DNA from: Phycisphaerae bacterium
GTDB lineage: Bacteria; Planctomycetota; Phycisphaerae; UBA1845
Assembly: GCA_963666835.2 (NCBI GenBank)
Contig: CAXXGO010000006.1
Coordinates: forward strand, 1,984,001 to 2,048,000
Length of the DNA: 64,000 nucleotides
Direction of reading: 5' to 3'
Made by a program: the position numbers and the translations under genes
Notes under the pieces: generated by a model
Told to the model about the DNA's origin: nothing
Database searches by the model: none
Seen by the model: the letters and a program-made list of their open reading frames with translations, nothing else
In this document: positions 1-10,753 of the stretch, one piece after another
Layout: each line of letters starts with the position of its first letter
Numbering within the stretch: position 1 is the first letter of the stretch

Positions 1-709
1 AGCCGCCCGCTCGGGTCTCCCACGTCCCCAGCGGGCAACAGAGGCGGTGCGTGAGCGAGACTGCCAACCCCAACGCCGCCCACGGGATCAGGCCTGCACC
101 CAGTACCACCAAACCGTGCAGAACAACCAACGGCAGCATCGACCAGACGAAACGGTCTTGCAGCCATTCATAGCCGGCCAAGGACATCCGGGCAGTCAGC
201 GGGGTCAGCGCGGTCCCGGCGCCCGCTGCCAAGGCCACCACGGCCAGGAGCATCCAATACGACGCCCGGTCCGCCGGCGCCGCATTTGGTAGTCCGTTTG
301 GCAGATCCGAAGACTGGCCGCGAGAAAGGAACTTCCGCCAGGCCGAAAGTGACACCCACATGGCAAACCGCTGCGGCACCTTCACTCCGACCGCCAGCGC
401 CAGCAGAGCCGCCACGACCACTGTGGTACGAACCGCTATGCCGCCGGTGAGAGCGTCGTTGAAACGACCGATCAACCCGGTCGTCAGCATAGTCGTGGTC
501 CCTCCGACCAATAGCGCAACCCCTGTGGTCCGTAGCTTCTCACGCTGATTTGGCTTCAAGGGCAGCGTGCTCGCGTCCGAGATCGTCGATTGGCGGACCG
601 TCAGAGCCTGGCTGCCGATTTGGGCGGCCGACCCGCGGCGCGGACCTCGTCGGCGATGGCGGGATCTGAACCGACGGCTTGCCGAACGTGATCGAGCTCG
701 CCTGGACAA
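1..709 (-). CDS. Multi-pass membrane protein, runs off the left window edge (possibly the membrane N-terminus of a spermidine-synthase/MFS-like fusion)
   Basis: Hand translation: TTG at 709 preceded by AGGAGG; frame open to position 1 with several hydrophobic segments (GVALLVGG, VVVAALLALAVG, WMLLAVVALAAG, LVVLHGLVVLGAGLIPW). Not in the ORF track because its stop lies outside the window. Confidence 0.7.
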   Translation of the reverse strand, partial: MSRRARSRSASRRFRSRHRRRGPRRGSAAQIGSQALTVRQSTISDASTLPLKPNQREKLRTTGVALLVGGTTTMLTTGLIGRFNDALTGGIAVRTTVVVAALLALAVGVKVPQRFAMWVSLSAWRKFLSRGQSSDLPNGLPNAAPADRASYWMLLAVVALAAGAGTALTPLTARMSLAGYEWLQDRFVWSMLPLVVLHGLVVLGAGLIPWAALGLAVSLTHRLCCPLGTWETRAGG

Positions 710-773
710 GTGTGGGCCTCCTGCCCTAAACCCTGACGGAACCCACCGGGCAATTGTGGGCTCCGCGTCCCTT

Positions 774-1604
774 TCAGCTACCTGTTCCTGCAGAGTCGGG
801 AAGGATCGTAGTATCGGCTGCATTGAACGCCCGCACCCCGCCCTCGTCAAGCTGCACGACAAGAGCCGCGGTGGGGTCCAGATCCAACACCGATCCGCTG
901 AAGGTCCTTCCCCTATGCTCCAGGAATATCCGCCCGCCCAGCGGCTCTGCCCGCGCCAGCCACTCGCGGCGCAAGTCATCGTTAGACCAACCGGTCGGGT
1001 CGGCCAGCCACCGATCCAACTCAGTTACCACGGAAAGCGCCAACCCGGTTCGATCAATCGCAACGTGTGCTTCGATTTCCAAAGATGTTGCAATCCCGGC
1101 CAGCTCATCGGGAAGATGCCCGCGCTGTTGAAGACAGTTGATCCCGATTCCGATCACGTAGGCCGTTGCGGTCTCGGTGTACTGCCGGGATTCCACCAAT
1201 ATCCCCGCGAACTTACGACCGCGGACGAGGAGGTCGTTCGGCCATTTGATGACGGGTAAGATTCCAGTACAGGACGCAACCGCATCGCGGACCGCTACGG
1301 CGGCCAGCAGAGCCAACTCGTTGCCCACCAACGCCCCCGGGTGATCTACCAATGCCACACTGCCCAGAAGGCTGGCCCCCCGAGGTGAGTGCCACGACCT
1401 TCCGAACCGGCCGCGCCCCGCGGTCTGATGTTCCGCCAAGACCACCAACCCGTCCGCATCCCCTTCTCCGATCGACCTCCAACATTCGTCGATAGTGCTG
1501 GACGTGGATCTAAGATAAACGACGCGCCGTCCGATGCGGGCGGTGTTCAAGACAGCTCTGATTCGGTCAATCTGGAGAAGACCCCGTTCCATGCTTGCTC
1601 TCAA
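774..1604 (-). CDS. birA: Biotin--[acetyl-CoA-carboxylase] ligase (no N-terminal HTH)
   Basis: STSST, AEHQTAGRGRFGRSWHSP, IKWPNDLL..GRKFAGILVE and GIGIN motifs. Confidence 0.95.
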   Translation of the reverse strand: MRASMERGLLQIDRIRAVLNTARIGRRVVYLRSTSSTIDECWRSIGEGDADGLVVLAEHQTAGRGRFGRSWHSPRGASLLGSVALVDHPGALVGNELALLAAVAVRDAVASCTGILPVIKWPNDLLVRGRKFAGILVESRQYTETATAYVIGIGINCLQQRGHLPDELAGIATSLEIEAHVAIDRTGLALSVVTELDRWLADPTGWSNDDLRREWLARAEPLGGRIFLEHRGRTFSGSVLDLDPTAALVVQLDEGGVRAFNAADTTILPDSAGTGS

Positions 1605-1637
1605 CCGCCGTCACCGCGAACGCTCTGCCGGTTTGGG

Positions 1638-3299
1638 CTACCGTTCCGCCCCCACATTCCACCCGCCGACTTCCGTCCGATCCCAATCCCAGTTCAGGGC
1701 TTGCACAGGTTGGTCCTTCCGGGCCATGACGAACATTATCGGCGCACCCGTGCGGTCATGGAAATCCCAGCCAATCGGCTCACCGTAGTGCTCATTGAGA
1801 AACGCTTGCCACTGCGCAAACGCAGGCTCGTCGAATAACACTACGATCAGACGCGGCGGGTCCTTTTCTAGCTCCTGCAGCAAGATCTTCCGCCGCTGTT
1901 CGGCCCCCTTGTACCCGGTCCTCAAACCGGTGATCATCGAGTAGCGCGATGCGCAACGCCTCTGTGCGTAGTAGTAGACGCCGGTGTCGTTGCCGAAGAC
2001 GAAGATGCTATCCTCCGGATTCGTAACCTGTCGGACCTTCTCTCCGTAGGCCCTGCCCCAAAAGTCCCGTGAATTGTAGCGCTTGACCGTTATGCCGAAC
2101 GGCGGCTGACTCAGGTACTCCCGATACTCCGTGAAGGTCAGCCAAACGGGAAGTACTGCGTATAGCCCGATCCGACTAAGACGGGTCGCGAAAGGAAGTG
2201 ACTTCTTAGAGTCACCACACCATTCCGAGATCGCGGTGACCGCGGAGCCCGCGACAATCACCAGAGGAGGGATCAGCAGGTAGTAGTAATGCGGCCAGAA
2301 CTGGGCCGGCAGGCATACCGCGACGAAACTCCCGGCAACCAGCGCCAGGACCGCCCCGATTCCCGAGCATCGGCTGCGAATCCCCTTGAATAGCAGAACT
2401 GCCGACGCGATTGCCGCAGAAGACCAGATCGGCCAGGCACTATCGAAGATGAACGGATGCCGCTTTGGGGCGAAGAACCGGGCAAACCGCGCGGCAAAGC
2501 TCTCCGCCCCCTCACTGTAGCTGAGATTGAACATGAAGACCGCGTCAACGAACTCGTGCGCGCGGTCGGTTGCCGCGAAGTATGCCAACGATGCCAGCCA
2601 GAACGCCGCCGGTCCGACCGCGAACCACCCGAGAGACACCATCGCGGCACGACAGCGCCAAGCGGGTCCCGCCTGCCGCCAGACCCGCAACATGATCCAC
2701 GGAGCCAGCGCTATCCAATGGACCGCTACGATGGTCTTAATGCCGGATCCCATCGCCAGCGCCACTCCGGCCGCGAAGATGAGCCGATACGACAACCCCG
2801 CCGAGCGCACCGCCAAGTACCATGCGCCGAGGATGCAGGTGTTCATGTAAATCTCGCGGTTGCATCCTTCACCGGCCGTGCCGGGATCGCTTGACGCCAG
2901 GGCGAACAGGATTGCCGCCAGCGCCGCTGCCGGGCGGCCGGCGCACCGGCGCGAAACCGCGAAGACCAGCCCCAAAGACCCAAGCGAAAAAGCCGTCGCC
3001 AGCCATCGAAACACGCTTGGATCATCTCCGAAGACCGCAATCACTCCGGCGAACAGGGCGAAGATGCCGAACGGTTGATGATCCCAGATGTCGGTGTACA
3101 GCCGGTCGCCGGCCAAAAGACGCGCCCCGATGTAGGCATAGTTGCACTCGTCCGTCTCCAACGGCAGGTCGAACGCGTGCAGGCGGAACAAAACGAGGAC
3201 CACGCCCGCCCCGGCCAGCACCAGCCACTCCAGTGGCGCGAGACCATCTCGCCCGCCAGCGGGGTCCGCGAGGTTTGCCCTGTTGTCCGGTTCGCTCAT
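1638..3299 (-). CDS. Glycosyltransferase family 39-like (ArnT/PMT-type) polytopic membrane protein
   Basis: DECNYAYIG..LYTDIWDHQPFG motif and many TM segments; start moved to ATG 3299 (GAGGA RBS). Confidence 0.8.
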   Translation of the reverse strand: MSEPDNRANLADPAGGRDGLAPLEWLVLAGAGVVLVLFRLHAFDLPLETDECNYAYIGARLLAGDRLYTDIWDHQPFGIFALFAGVIAVFGDDPSVFRWLATAFSLGSLGLVFAVSRRCAGRPAAALAAILFALASSDPGTAGEGCNREIYMNTCILGAWYLAVRSAGLSYRLIFAAGVALAMGSGIKTIVAVHWIALAPWIMLRVWRQAGPAWRCRAAMVSLGWFAVGPAAFWLASLAYFAATDRAHEFVDAVFMFNLSYSEGAESFAARFARFFAPKRHPFIFDSAWPIWSSAAIASAVLLFKGIRSRCSGIGAVLALVAGSFVAVCLPAQFWPHYYYLLIPPLVIVAGSAVTAISEWCGDSKKSLPFATRLSRIGLYAVLPVWLTFTEYREYLSQPPFGITVKRYNSRDFWGRAYGEKVRQVTNPEDSIFVFGNDTGVYYYAQRRCASRYSMITGLRTGYKGAEQRRKILLQELEKDPPRLIVVLFDEPAFAQWQAFLNEHYGEPIGWDFHDRTGAPIMFVMARKDQPVQALNWDWDRTEVGGWNVGAER

Positions 3300-3377
3300 T
3301 TGTTCCTCATGGTAGCCGGCGCGGGCGGCACCTGCCACGGTGGAGCTTTCGGGCGAGAATTCTACTACAATCCCGGC

Positions 3378-4139
3378 ATGTTGACCTTCTCGCTCCAATC
3401 CGGCTCGAACGGAAACGCCATCTACGTCGAGGCAAACGGTACTCGTTTGCTGTTCGACGCGGGGATCAGCGGCAAGATAGCCAAGGCTCGCATGGCGATC
3501 CACGATCGGGATATCCGCGAGGTCGATGCGGTGCTTATATCACACGATCACCCGGACCACATCCGTTGTGCCGGGATCTATCAGCGCCGGTTTGGGTTGC
3601 CGATCTACCTGACTCGACCGACCCACTCCGCCAATCGATGCGATCTCGGCAAGTTGAGCGACGTCAGGTACTTCTCCTCGGGGGATTCGCTGGAATTCGG
3701 CGGTACCACCGTTCATACCATTCCCACCGCCCACGACGCGGCCGACGGGGTGGCGTTCGTGGTCGAATGCGAGGGCAAGCGGCTCGGGGTCATGATCGAC
3801 CTGGGCCATCCGTTCCCCGGCTTGAAAGAAGCGGTCGAGTCGGTCGATGCGGCCTATATCGAGTGCAACTTCGATCCGCAGTTACTGGAACAAGGCGACT
3901 ATCCGGAGGTTCTCAAGGCTCGCATCCGGGGCCCGGCGGGGCATCTTTCCAATGTGGATACCGCGGAGCTGCTTCGGGATTGCGGCCGCCGTCGCCCGAA
4001 TTGGATCGCCGCCGCCCACATAAGCAAGTGCAATAACCGTCCCGAGCTGGCGGTCGAAGCTGTCCGCGCTGCTGTCGGGCAGGATTATCCCGTCTACCAT
4101 GCTTCGCGCGACCGATGTTCCGAAATGCTGGAGGTCTGA
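3378..4139 (+). CDS. MBL-fold metallo-hydrolase, YycJ/WalJ-like
   Basis: SGSNGNA, FDAG, SHDHPDH, HDA, GHLSN and HIS..NN motifs; ATG at 3378. Confidence 0.9.
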   Translation: MLTFSLQSGSNGNAIYVEANGTRLLFDAGISGKIAKARMAIHDRDIREVDAVLISHDHPDHIRCAGIYQRRFGLPIYLTRPTHSANRCDLGKLSDVRYFSSGDSLEFGGTTVHTIPTAHDAADGVAFVVECEGKRLGVMIDLGHPFPGLKEAVESVDAAYIECNFDPQLLEQGDYPEVLKARIRGPAGHLSNVDTAELLRDCGRRRPNWIAAAHISKCNNRPELAVEAVRAAVGQDYPVYHASRDRCSEMLEV

Positions 4140-4170
4140 GTTGCCGGGCGAGCTACCGAGGGCGGACCTT

Positions 4171-4467
4171 TCAGAGGAATGACTCGTCGTCGCTTCCCTC
4201 ATCATCGTCGGTCAACTTCCACCGGTCGGCTTCCTCGGTCTCCTCAATCTCGCGCTCCACGTGCCGGATCATCTTCTCCTGCAATGGAGCCAGCCTCCGG
4301 TGCATTGCCAGCGTAGCTTCGTGAGACCTTGAGATGGTTTCTAAATGGAAAATCTGCCATTTAGCCAAGCACGATGGCTCCAGAATGTTCGAAAACGGGT
4401 CGCAAAGAAGGTGTGGGGTGCCGTCGGGGTTTCTGGAGAAGTACTCGCAGTCTTCACATTGTCGCAT
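4171..4467 (-). CDS. Small hypothetical protein with N-terminal Cys cluster (CEDC..C..C) and acidic tail
   Basis: MRQCEDCEYF..LCDPF..CLAKWQ; protein-like composition with helical C-terminus. Confidence 0.7.
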   Translation of the reverse strand: MRQCEDCEYFSRNPDGTPHLLCDPFSNILEPSCLAKWQIFHLETISRSHEATLAMHRRLAPLQEKMIRHVEREIEETEEADRWKLTDDDEGSDDESFL

Positions 4468-4705
4468 AGCAGCAGCCCTCAACCCGCACGAAACGAACCT
4501 TGCCGCGGGTGTGCCCATGATATTGGCTGAGTACGGATCCCGCCAGAGCAGGGGCGGTAAGGCCGTGGGGGCGCGCTTCTTCAATCTCCCGAAGCACGTC
4601 CGCGGCGTGCTCTCTCAATTATTCACAGGTCGGCTTCGGGGAATACAGTGGATGCACACAACTTTTTGCAGACTTTGGGCTTGCAGAATCGGTGAAGATG
4701 TGCGA

Positions 4706-4798
4706 AAGTGGAACCAGTCCAATAACTCCACTTACCGACCCGTCCCCCCATGGGTCGGTTCCCCCAAGGCCCGGTCCACCCCGCCGGGCCTCCTTTTT
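4706..4798 (+). ncRNA. Candidate small RNA or terminator cluster: three tandem hairpins, C-rich loops, U-tract
   Basis: Stems AAGTGGA/TCCACTT; ACCGACCCGT/ATGGGTCGGT (loop CCCCCC); AGGCCCGGT/GCCGGGCCT (loop CCACCCC); then CCTTTTT. Confidence 0.4.
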
Positions 4799-4942
4799 GC
4801 GCCAATCAGACGAGGGCGAACGGTGAGCGATGCGATCTCGAATGGTCGTTGCTCACCTGACGAGTCTATCAACGCCGATTAAGCGCGAAGCGCTTACCGC
4901 GGAAAGGCAATACCGGAGACAGGGACGGGGCGGATGGTCCCG

Positions 4943-6415
4943 CTATTGACCGGCTCCAAGCAGGCTTATTTGCCCTAGAGTAACCGGCGGGGCCTGGACG
5001 TCTCGCCAATGTTGCTTAGGCGCGGGCGGCGTGATCGGAAACACCGGCAGCGAGGCCAAACCCGGCTCGCGCTGCATGACTTCCATTCCGACAACCGGCT
5101 TGGTCAGCGGAGAGACGACGACTCGCTCGCCCAACTGAAGCTCGCACACCTCCGCGCCGCGGCGACCGGAGTAGTCAACCAGGACATCGTCACCCATAGC
5201 CCGCAGCATCGGAATCTCGCGGACCCCGAGCCGACCAACGTTCGAGCCCGGGGAACCCGGCTCGAAAACGTAGACCCAACGGTGATCGTAGATCGCATGG
5301 CGAGGCACCAGAATCGCTCCCTCGAGCGGTCGGGCCGGCAAATCGGCCCGACAGTGCATCCCGATCGACAGCCCCGGACCGGCAGCATCACCGGTTGCCG
5401 TTCGGGCCTCCATGTCGGCTCCGCGGATTTCCACCACCATCCGGGCCGTGCGGGTGGCTTCGTCCACCCGCTCCAGCCGCGTGACCCGGCCTCGCCAGGT
5501 CAGTTCGCGGGCGGGCATTGACCAGGTCACTGCTACCTCGGGCGTTGCGGTGCCGTCATTGCTCTCAAGAGCATCGGGCTGGATGGCGTCGTCGAGCCAA
5601 TGCAGATCACGAGGATCGATCCCGACTGAGATCTCGAAGGCCTCCATATTGGTGATCGTCGCGATCGAAAGATGCGCCGTCACCACCTGCGAAGCGCGAG
5701 CCCCGACGGTCTCAACCCTGGCCTCGAACGGGCAGATGATCGATGTGTTGGCCAAGTCGTACTTCGCCGCCTGGAGCGATGCGCGCGAAGCATCGAGCCG
5801 CGCTTGGGTCTCATCCTTCAGATGAGGAACCGTCGCCCGCCGACTGGCGAGTTCCACGAGAACATCTTTGCGGCTCAGATACTTCTGGTAAACAAGGTCG
5901 ACATCGCGCTGCGTGCCGACCTTGTCGACCTCGTACAAACGCTTGGACGTCAGATAGTCCTGCTCATCGATCGCCAGCATTCGCTCCACGTTCGCGATCC
6001 GCCGGCCCAGGTTCACCATTTCCTGATCGCGCAACTGGAGGCCGGCCTCAAACCCTCGGATCTCCGCCTCGACCTGGCGTACCCGAGAGTCGTACACGGT
6101 GCGGTCGATTTCGAAGAGAACATCACCCTCAGGTATGATCTTCCCCTGAGCCAGATCCTCATGGGCGAAGACGAGTTTGCCGCTGACCTGGGGAACGATG
6201 CTGATTTGTTCCTTGGGTCGCACGGTACCGAACCCCACGACCGCTTCCTGAGCAATCTGGGGGCGAGTCTCCATCACCGCCACGTCCGGGATTCGGGAGG
6301 CCGGCGAATGGGGCGGAGTCGGCTTGGTGTGGATCAACCAGACCATTGCGGCAAACCCGGCTGCAACGCTCCCCAGCGCTACCAGCGCTTTCATTATCCG
6401 GCGGAAGTTTTCCAT
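4943..6415 (-). CDS. Efflux RND transporter periplasmic adaptor subunit (HlyD/MFP)
   Basis: N-terminal TM, GTVRP..IVPQVSG, G.VLFEID, coiled coil, TSIICPF, VDEATRT and VPRHA motifs. Confidence 0.9.
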   Translation of the reverse strand: MENFRRIMKALVALGSVAAGFAAMVWLIHTKPTPPHSPASRIPDVAVMETRPQIAQEAVVGFGTVRPKEQISIVPQVSGKLVFAHEDLAQGKIIPEGDVLFEIDRTVYDSRVRQVEAEIRGFEAGLQLRDQEMVNLGRRIANVERMLAIDEQDYLTSKRLYEVDKVGTQRDVDLVYQKYLSRKDVLVELASRRATVPHLKDETQARLDASRASLQAAKYDLANTSIICPFEARVETVGARASQVVTAHLSIATITNMEAFEISVGIDPRDLHWLDDAIQPDALESNDGTATPEVAVTWSMPARELTWRGRVTRLERVDEATRTARMVVEIRGADMEARTATGDAAGPGLSIGMHCRADLPARPLEGAILVPRHAIYDHRWVYVFEPGSPGSNVGRLGVREIPMLRAMGDDVLVDYSGRRGAEVCELQLGERVVVSPLTKPVVGMEVMQREPGLASLPVFPITPPAPKQHWRDVQAPPVTLGQISLLGAGQ

Positions 6416-7094
6416 TGTCTTGTGGTGAAGCAGCCTACCGTGAGCTTCGTGTCTTAAGGCGGTGGGTCTGTTTATGCTTGATCCACCCGCCCCCGGTCAG
6501 GTCGGCAAGTCCCTCAATGTCGCAGGGCAGTCGGGGCTGCCCATTGTGTGGCTTACGAGAACGCGCCTTATGCCGCTAACCGCTGCCGGCTGTGCGACGC
6601 GCCTCCACTAACGATCCGGTATTCTCCCCGATGACCGCCGTACCTGTCAATCCGTCCTTGGCGATCCGGTATCGGTTGATCCTCGGTGGGCGTTCTTCCG
6701 GTCTCCGGAATCGCCCGGGGAATCCTAGCCGCTTCCGGACCCAGGATACCAGTACTATCGGACGATGCCCGCCATTCTCGGCAGCCTAACGTCGTCGCCG
6801 AAGAGATGCGTTAGCCTGGCGCAGCTATATCGGGCGCCAGCCCCGCTTGACTGTATCTTCGCTTGACTACATGCGGCCATAGCTTTGCTCGACGAGTTCG
6901 TGCCGAGCAGTCCATCACCGTTGCTTTCCCGCCCGCAAACAGCCGCGGCAAGTCCCATATTTCGCTGCAAATAAAGCGAAAACCTGTGTGCTGCGAGTTC
7001 CCGAATTGCGCGAAGACGCCCCCCGTTCTTTCCGATGGAAAGGGACGAGTTTCCTCATCCGTGTGTGCCAACCCTCTAACAGGAGCAATGAACG

Positions 7095-7706
7095 ATGCGA
7101 ACCAACGCAGTACGAATCGGCGGCTTGATGGTCCTCCCAGTCCTGGTATGCCTGGCGAGTGCCGGCTGCGGGGCGACGGGAGGGCTTCCGACGGACGTGA
7201 CGGTCACCCTGCCGGACGGGACGACCGAGACGGTGACGATGGGCGCGGGTGTGATCTCGCTGGCCGACTCGGAATGGCAGTTCTACCGGGTGGCGGATAA
7301 CGCGCAAGGGGCGGCGTTCATGACGATCCGGTTCGGCGACGAAGGACAACTCGAGGCCTTCGAGGAAAGCACGATTGCCTCCTCGATATTCGGCTCGTCG
7401 ATCCTGTTCGACGGACAGCGGCACAACACCACCCAGGCGGGTCTGCAGTACTCGGCCGCCACCTACGGCGCCGAGACCGCCGACTCCATGGGGTTCACCT
7501 TCGAGGGGATTCTCAAAGCCTATGCGGCCGGGCTCGAAGCGGCCACCGCCACCGCCACTGCGGTAGCCGAGTTCGACCCGGAGGACCCCAACATCGTTCG
7601 CGGGACGTTCTCCTTCTCTTCGCAGGTGCTGCTGATGGCCGATCAGTTCCCTGAAGGCAATATGGAGGATGAGTTCTCCTTCATGGGACGCAAGGTGACC
7701 GAGTAA
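7095..7706 (+). CDS. Hypothetical lipoprotein
   Basis: AGGAG RBS, signal peptide with lipobox ASAGC, strong GC3 bias. Confidence 0.8.
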   Translation: MRTNAVRIGGLMVLPVLVCLASAGCGATGGLPTDVTVTLPDGTTETVTMGAGVISLADSEWQFYRVADNAQGAAFMTIRFGDEGQLEAFEESTIASSIFGSSILFDGQRHNTTQAGLQYSAATYGAETADSMGFTFEGILKAYAAGLEAATATATAVAEFDPEDPNIVRGTFSFSSQVLLMADQFPEGNMEDEFSFMGRKVTE

Positions 7707-7777
7707 ACGTGGCTATCTCACGGCTCCGAAGCGGCGGCGGCAACGTCATGTGACGCTGCGTCCGGAGAACAACAATA

Positions 7778-7835
7778 CGAGCCCCGTTGACGAGGTGTCT
7801 ACCGGTCGGACCTCGGCGACGGGGCTCTTGTCTTG
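7778..7835. terminator. Long hairpin between convergent genes (probable terminator)
   Basis: GAGCCCCGTTG.CGAGGT ... ACCTCG.CGACGGGGCTC followed by TTGTCTT. Confidence 0.55.
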
Positions 7836-7982
7836 GGAAAGTGCTGACAAGGGGGCGGCAGCTCGTTTGGTACCGTGAGCGAAGAACGTGTCCGGCGCCG
7901 GTCCCGCATCTTCAAAGGGCGGTCAGCCATTCGTTAAAGAGGTCCGTCCCGCCACTCGCAAGGTTCCCGTCTGTTGGAGCGT

Positions 7983-8846
7983 CTAATTCATGGCACTCAG
8001 TTCGGCAAGCACTTCACGAAGGTGGGCATTGAACTCGTCCGGACGTTGCAGCATGATGAAGTGGCCGACGTCGTCCATCAGAACATACTCGTAGTTGGCG
8101 TACTTGCGATTAGTGTCGCCGGCCGTGGGGGTCGGCTTGGTTGCGTTAATCGCCCTGATTGGCGTTTGGGCCGCAGAGAACATGGCCGGCAAATCGAGGT
8201 TGGAAAAATCGCGCATCAGCGCCAGAACCGCCGTGCGGTCACTGGCGCAGGCGTGTCGGATCACCCAATCGACAACGCCCTCGGCCGTCTCCCCCGGGAA
8301 CATGCCCCGGACCATCCGGGCCATCATGCCTTCGAAGTCGGCCTCGAATCCCGCCGCCCAACGCTCGGCGGCGTTCTTGGGAATCTCCATTTCGGCGCTG
8401 TGCATGGTGTCGACGGCCACGATTCCGAGGACCCGTCCGCGAAGAAGCCGAGCCGCCTCCAGTGACACCGGTCCGCCCATGGAATGACCGACCAGCACGA
8501 CGCGGTGCAAACGAAGTTGTTTCACGACTTTGGCCACATCCGCCCCCAGACCCGTAATCGTCCAATCGGTGCGGTCCCGACCAGATTCGCCGTGCCCGGG
8601 CAGATCGATCGTCACAACCCGATAGTCGTCGGCGAACTCATCCACCTGCTCGCGCCAGAACGCACGATCACAAGACCAGCAATGAACGAAGACCAACGCC
8701 ACCTTACCTCGACCACGGACGTCGTAGGCAATAGTGACGTCGTCCTCGGCCGGCACCGTCCCTTCCGACAGACGGATTGAGCCGGTTGACATTCCCTGAC
8801 ATCCGCCCAGCACCAACAACGTCCCGATCATCAATAGGCGACTCAT
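7983..8846 (-). CDS. Alpha/beta-fold hydrolase, lipoprotein
   Basis: Lipobox LGGC, VFVHCW, DLPGHG.S, GHSMGG nucleophile, GHF..L. Confidence 0.9.
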   Translation of the reverse strand: MSRLLMIGTLLVLGGCQGMSTGSIRLSEGTVPAEDDVTIAYDVRGRGKVALVFVHCWSCDRAFWREQVDEFADDYRVVTIDLPGHGESGRDRTDWTITGLGADVAKVVKQLRLHRVVLVGHSMGGPVSLEAARLLRGRVLGIVAVDTMHSAEMEIPKNAAERWAAGFEADFEGMMARMVRGMFPGETAEGVVDWVIRHACASDRTAVLALMRDFSNLDLPAMFSAAQTPIRAINATKPTPTAGDTNRKYANYEYVLMDDVGHFIMLQRPDEFNAHLREVLAELSAMN

Positions 8847-9139
8847 ACCGACACCCTTTCTTGTGGGTCAGACTCTTATGCCATGGCAAGACAACCGCAA
8901 TCCCGGAAGCTACATCAACAGCCGAAGCTACCGTTGACCCCGAGAAGCAACAAGTCAAAGATCGCGCGTACCATGTCAGGAATTGTCGCTCCAGCAACTG
9001 TGTTTTGTGCGGGAACTGTTTCGCAGAAACTGGTAGAACTAGGAGCCCTCTCCTGGTAATATGCCCCGCGAAAGTCACTCTGGGCAGCGATCATCGAGAT
9101 TAGAAAGAGGCTCGTTGCGGGCCGTGAACCGAAAGGACT

Positions 9140-10462
9140 ATGCGGATGTTCAACAGACACTCATCCAGCCGGATCTGGACCGGCATAGTAGCTTTGCTGT
9201 CCGGCGTGGCGGGCTACGCCGCGCCGGCGCAGTGGTCGCAATGGGGCGGACCGAATCGTGACTTCACCGTGGCAACCGGCGGGCTCGCGGATACATGGCC
9301 TGACGACGGACCGCCCGTTCTGTGGAAGCGCGAACTCGGGGACGGGTATTCGACGATCACCGTAGATCGGGGCACGCTCTACACCATGTATCGCGTGGAT
9401 CAGGATGAGTTCGTTGTGGCTCTGAATGCCGAGACCGGCGTGACGGTCTGGGAGCACAAGAACCCATCGCCGTTTACGCCGGCGATGAACGAGTACGGCC
9501 CCGGCCCGCATGCCACGCCGCTGATTGTAGGAAAGCGGCTTTTCACGGTCGGCACCAACTGCGTCTTCCAATGTTTTGATAAAACCAGCGGCGAGCTGCT
9601 CTGGAAGCATGATCTGGTCAAGAAGTTCGGCGCTCCGATACCGCATTACGGCTATGCGGCCAGTGCGATTGCGTTCAAGGACACGATCATCATTCCGGTC
9701 GACCGAGAGCGGCCGGAAGAGGCTCCCCCCGGTGCAGAGGATAGTGCCAAGGAAGAGTCAGAACCGCCGGTGCCGCAATCGCTGGTGGCGTTCGATCAGG
9801 CGACCGGTGACGTGGTCTGGAAAGCCCAGGATCTGAAGATGAGCTACTCGTCTCCGATTCTGATCGAGTTCGACGGCAAGGAGCAGCTTGTGGTGTTCAC
9901 CGCCGAGGAGATCGCCGGGGTCGACCCGAACGACGGGACGCTGCTGTGGCAACATCCGTTCCCGACGCAGTACGGTGGGAACCTGTCGACGCCCGTGTGG
10001 GACGGGCAGGATCTGATCTTCGCGTCGGCGGCTTACGGGTCGGGTAGCCGGGCCATTCGCTTGGGCGCCAAAGACGGCAAAATCGTACCGACAGAACTGT
10101 GGCACAGTAAGAAGCTGCGAATCCACCACGCCAACGTCCTGATCATCGGCAATTACGTCTACGGCTCCAGCGGCGATTTCGGCACGGCCTTCTTCGCCGC
10201 TTTGAACGTGCAAACCGGCAAGGTCGCCTGGCGGCAGCGCGGCTTCGCCAAAGCGACGTTCGTTTACGGCGACGGGAAGTTGATCCTGCTGGACGAGGAC
10301 GGACAACTAGCTCTGACCACGGTCGATGGGGAGGGCATGACCATCCACTCGAAATGCACCGTGGCCGAACGGACTGCCTGGACCGCCCCGACCCTGGTGG
10401 ACCAAACGCTCTACATCCGCGACCGCAAACACCTAACCGCGTTTGACATCGGCAAACGCTAA
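9140..10462 (+). CDS. PQQ-binding-like beta-propeller (BamB-like) secreted protein
   Basis: WSQWGGPNR and repeated ALN.ETG..VW / FD..SGELLW / YSSP / WTAP motifs. Confidence 0.9.
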   Translation: MRMFNRHSSSRIWTGIVALLSGVAGYAAPAQWSQWGGPNRDFTVATGGLADTWPDDGPPVLWKRELGDGYSTITVDRGTLYTMYRVDQDEFVVALNAETGVTVWEHKNPSPFTPAMNEYGPGPHATPLIVGKRLFTVGTNCVFQCFDKTSGELLWKHDLVKKFGAPIPHYGYAASAIAFKDTIIIPVDRERPEEAPPGAEDSAKEESEPPVPQSLVAFDQATGDVVWKAQDLKMSYSSPILIEFDGKEQLVVFTAEEIAGVDPNDGTLLWQHPFPTQYGGNLSTPVWDGQDLIFASAAYGSGSRAIRLGAKDGKIVPTELWHSKKLRIHHANVLIIGNYVYGSSGDFGTAFFAALNVQTGKVAWRQRGFAKATFVYGDGKLILLDEDGQLALTTVDGEGMTIHSKCTVAERTAWTAPTLVDQTLYIRDRKHLTAFDIGKR

Positions 10463-10504
10463 ACGCACGCGGCGGCTCCGCAGGCGTCGAGGCAAAACAG
10501 ATGC

Positions 10505-10654
10505 GTAGGGTCCGCTGTGCGGACCAGCTTGGATTGAAGGTCATGTCCTCGCGCGATGTGTGCTATTATGGCAGGTCTCGTTCCTCGACCGTGCCCTACG
10601 AGCTGCCGGATCGCGCTTGCCACGTGGGTGCATGGGTCAACTTGTTGACCCGTG
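10505..10654. repeat. REP-like cluster
   Basis: GTAG-GGTCCGC-TGT-GCGGACC (10505-10525); family-A GGCAGGTCTCGTTCCTCGACCGTGCCCTAC (10570-10599); palindrome CATGGGTCAAC-TT-GTTGACCCGTG (10631-10654). Confidence 0.8.
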
Positions 10655-10753
10655 GATCGCAACACGCTGCAGGGCGTACAGCAGGTTGTTCACGTATACG
10701 CAGCGGTAGGGCAGGTGATTCACCTGCCTTTAATACCGCCACGCGCCACACAC

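Noticed and set aside
4898..4935. c-di-GMP-I riboswitch-like AAGGCAAA..GGGACG
   Set aside because: Lacks the following GCAAA and second stem, and has no downstream gene on that strand.
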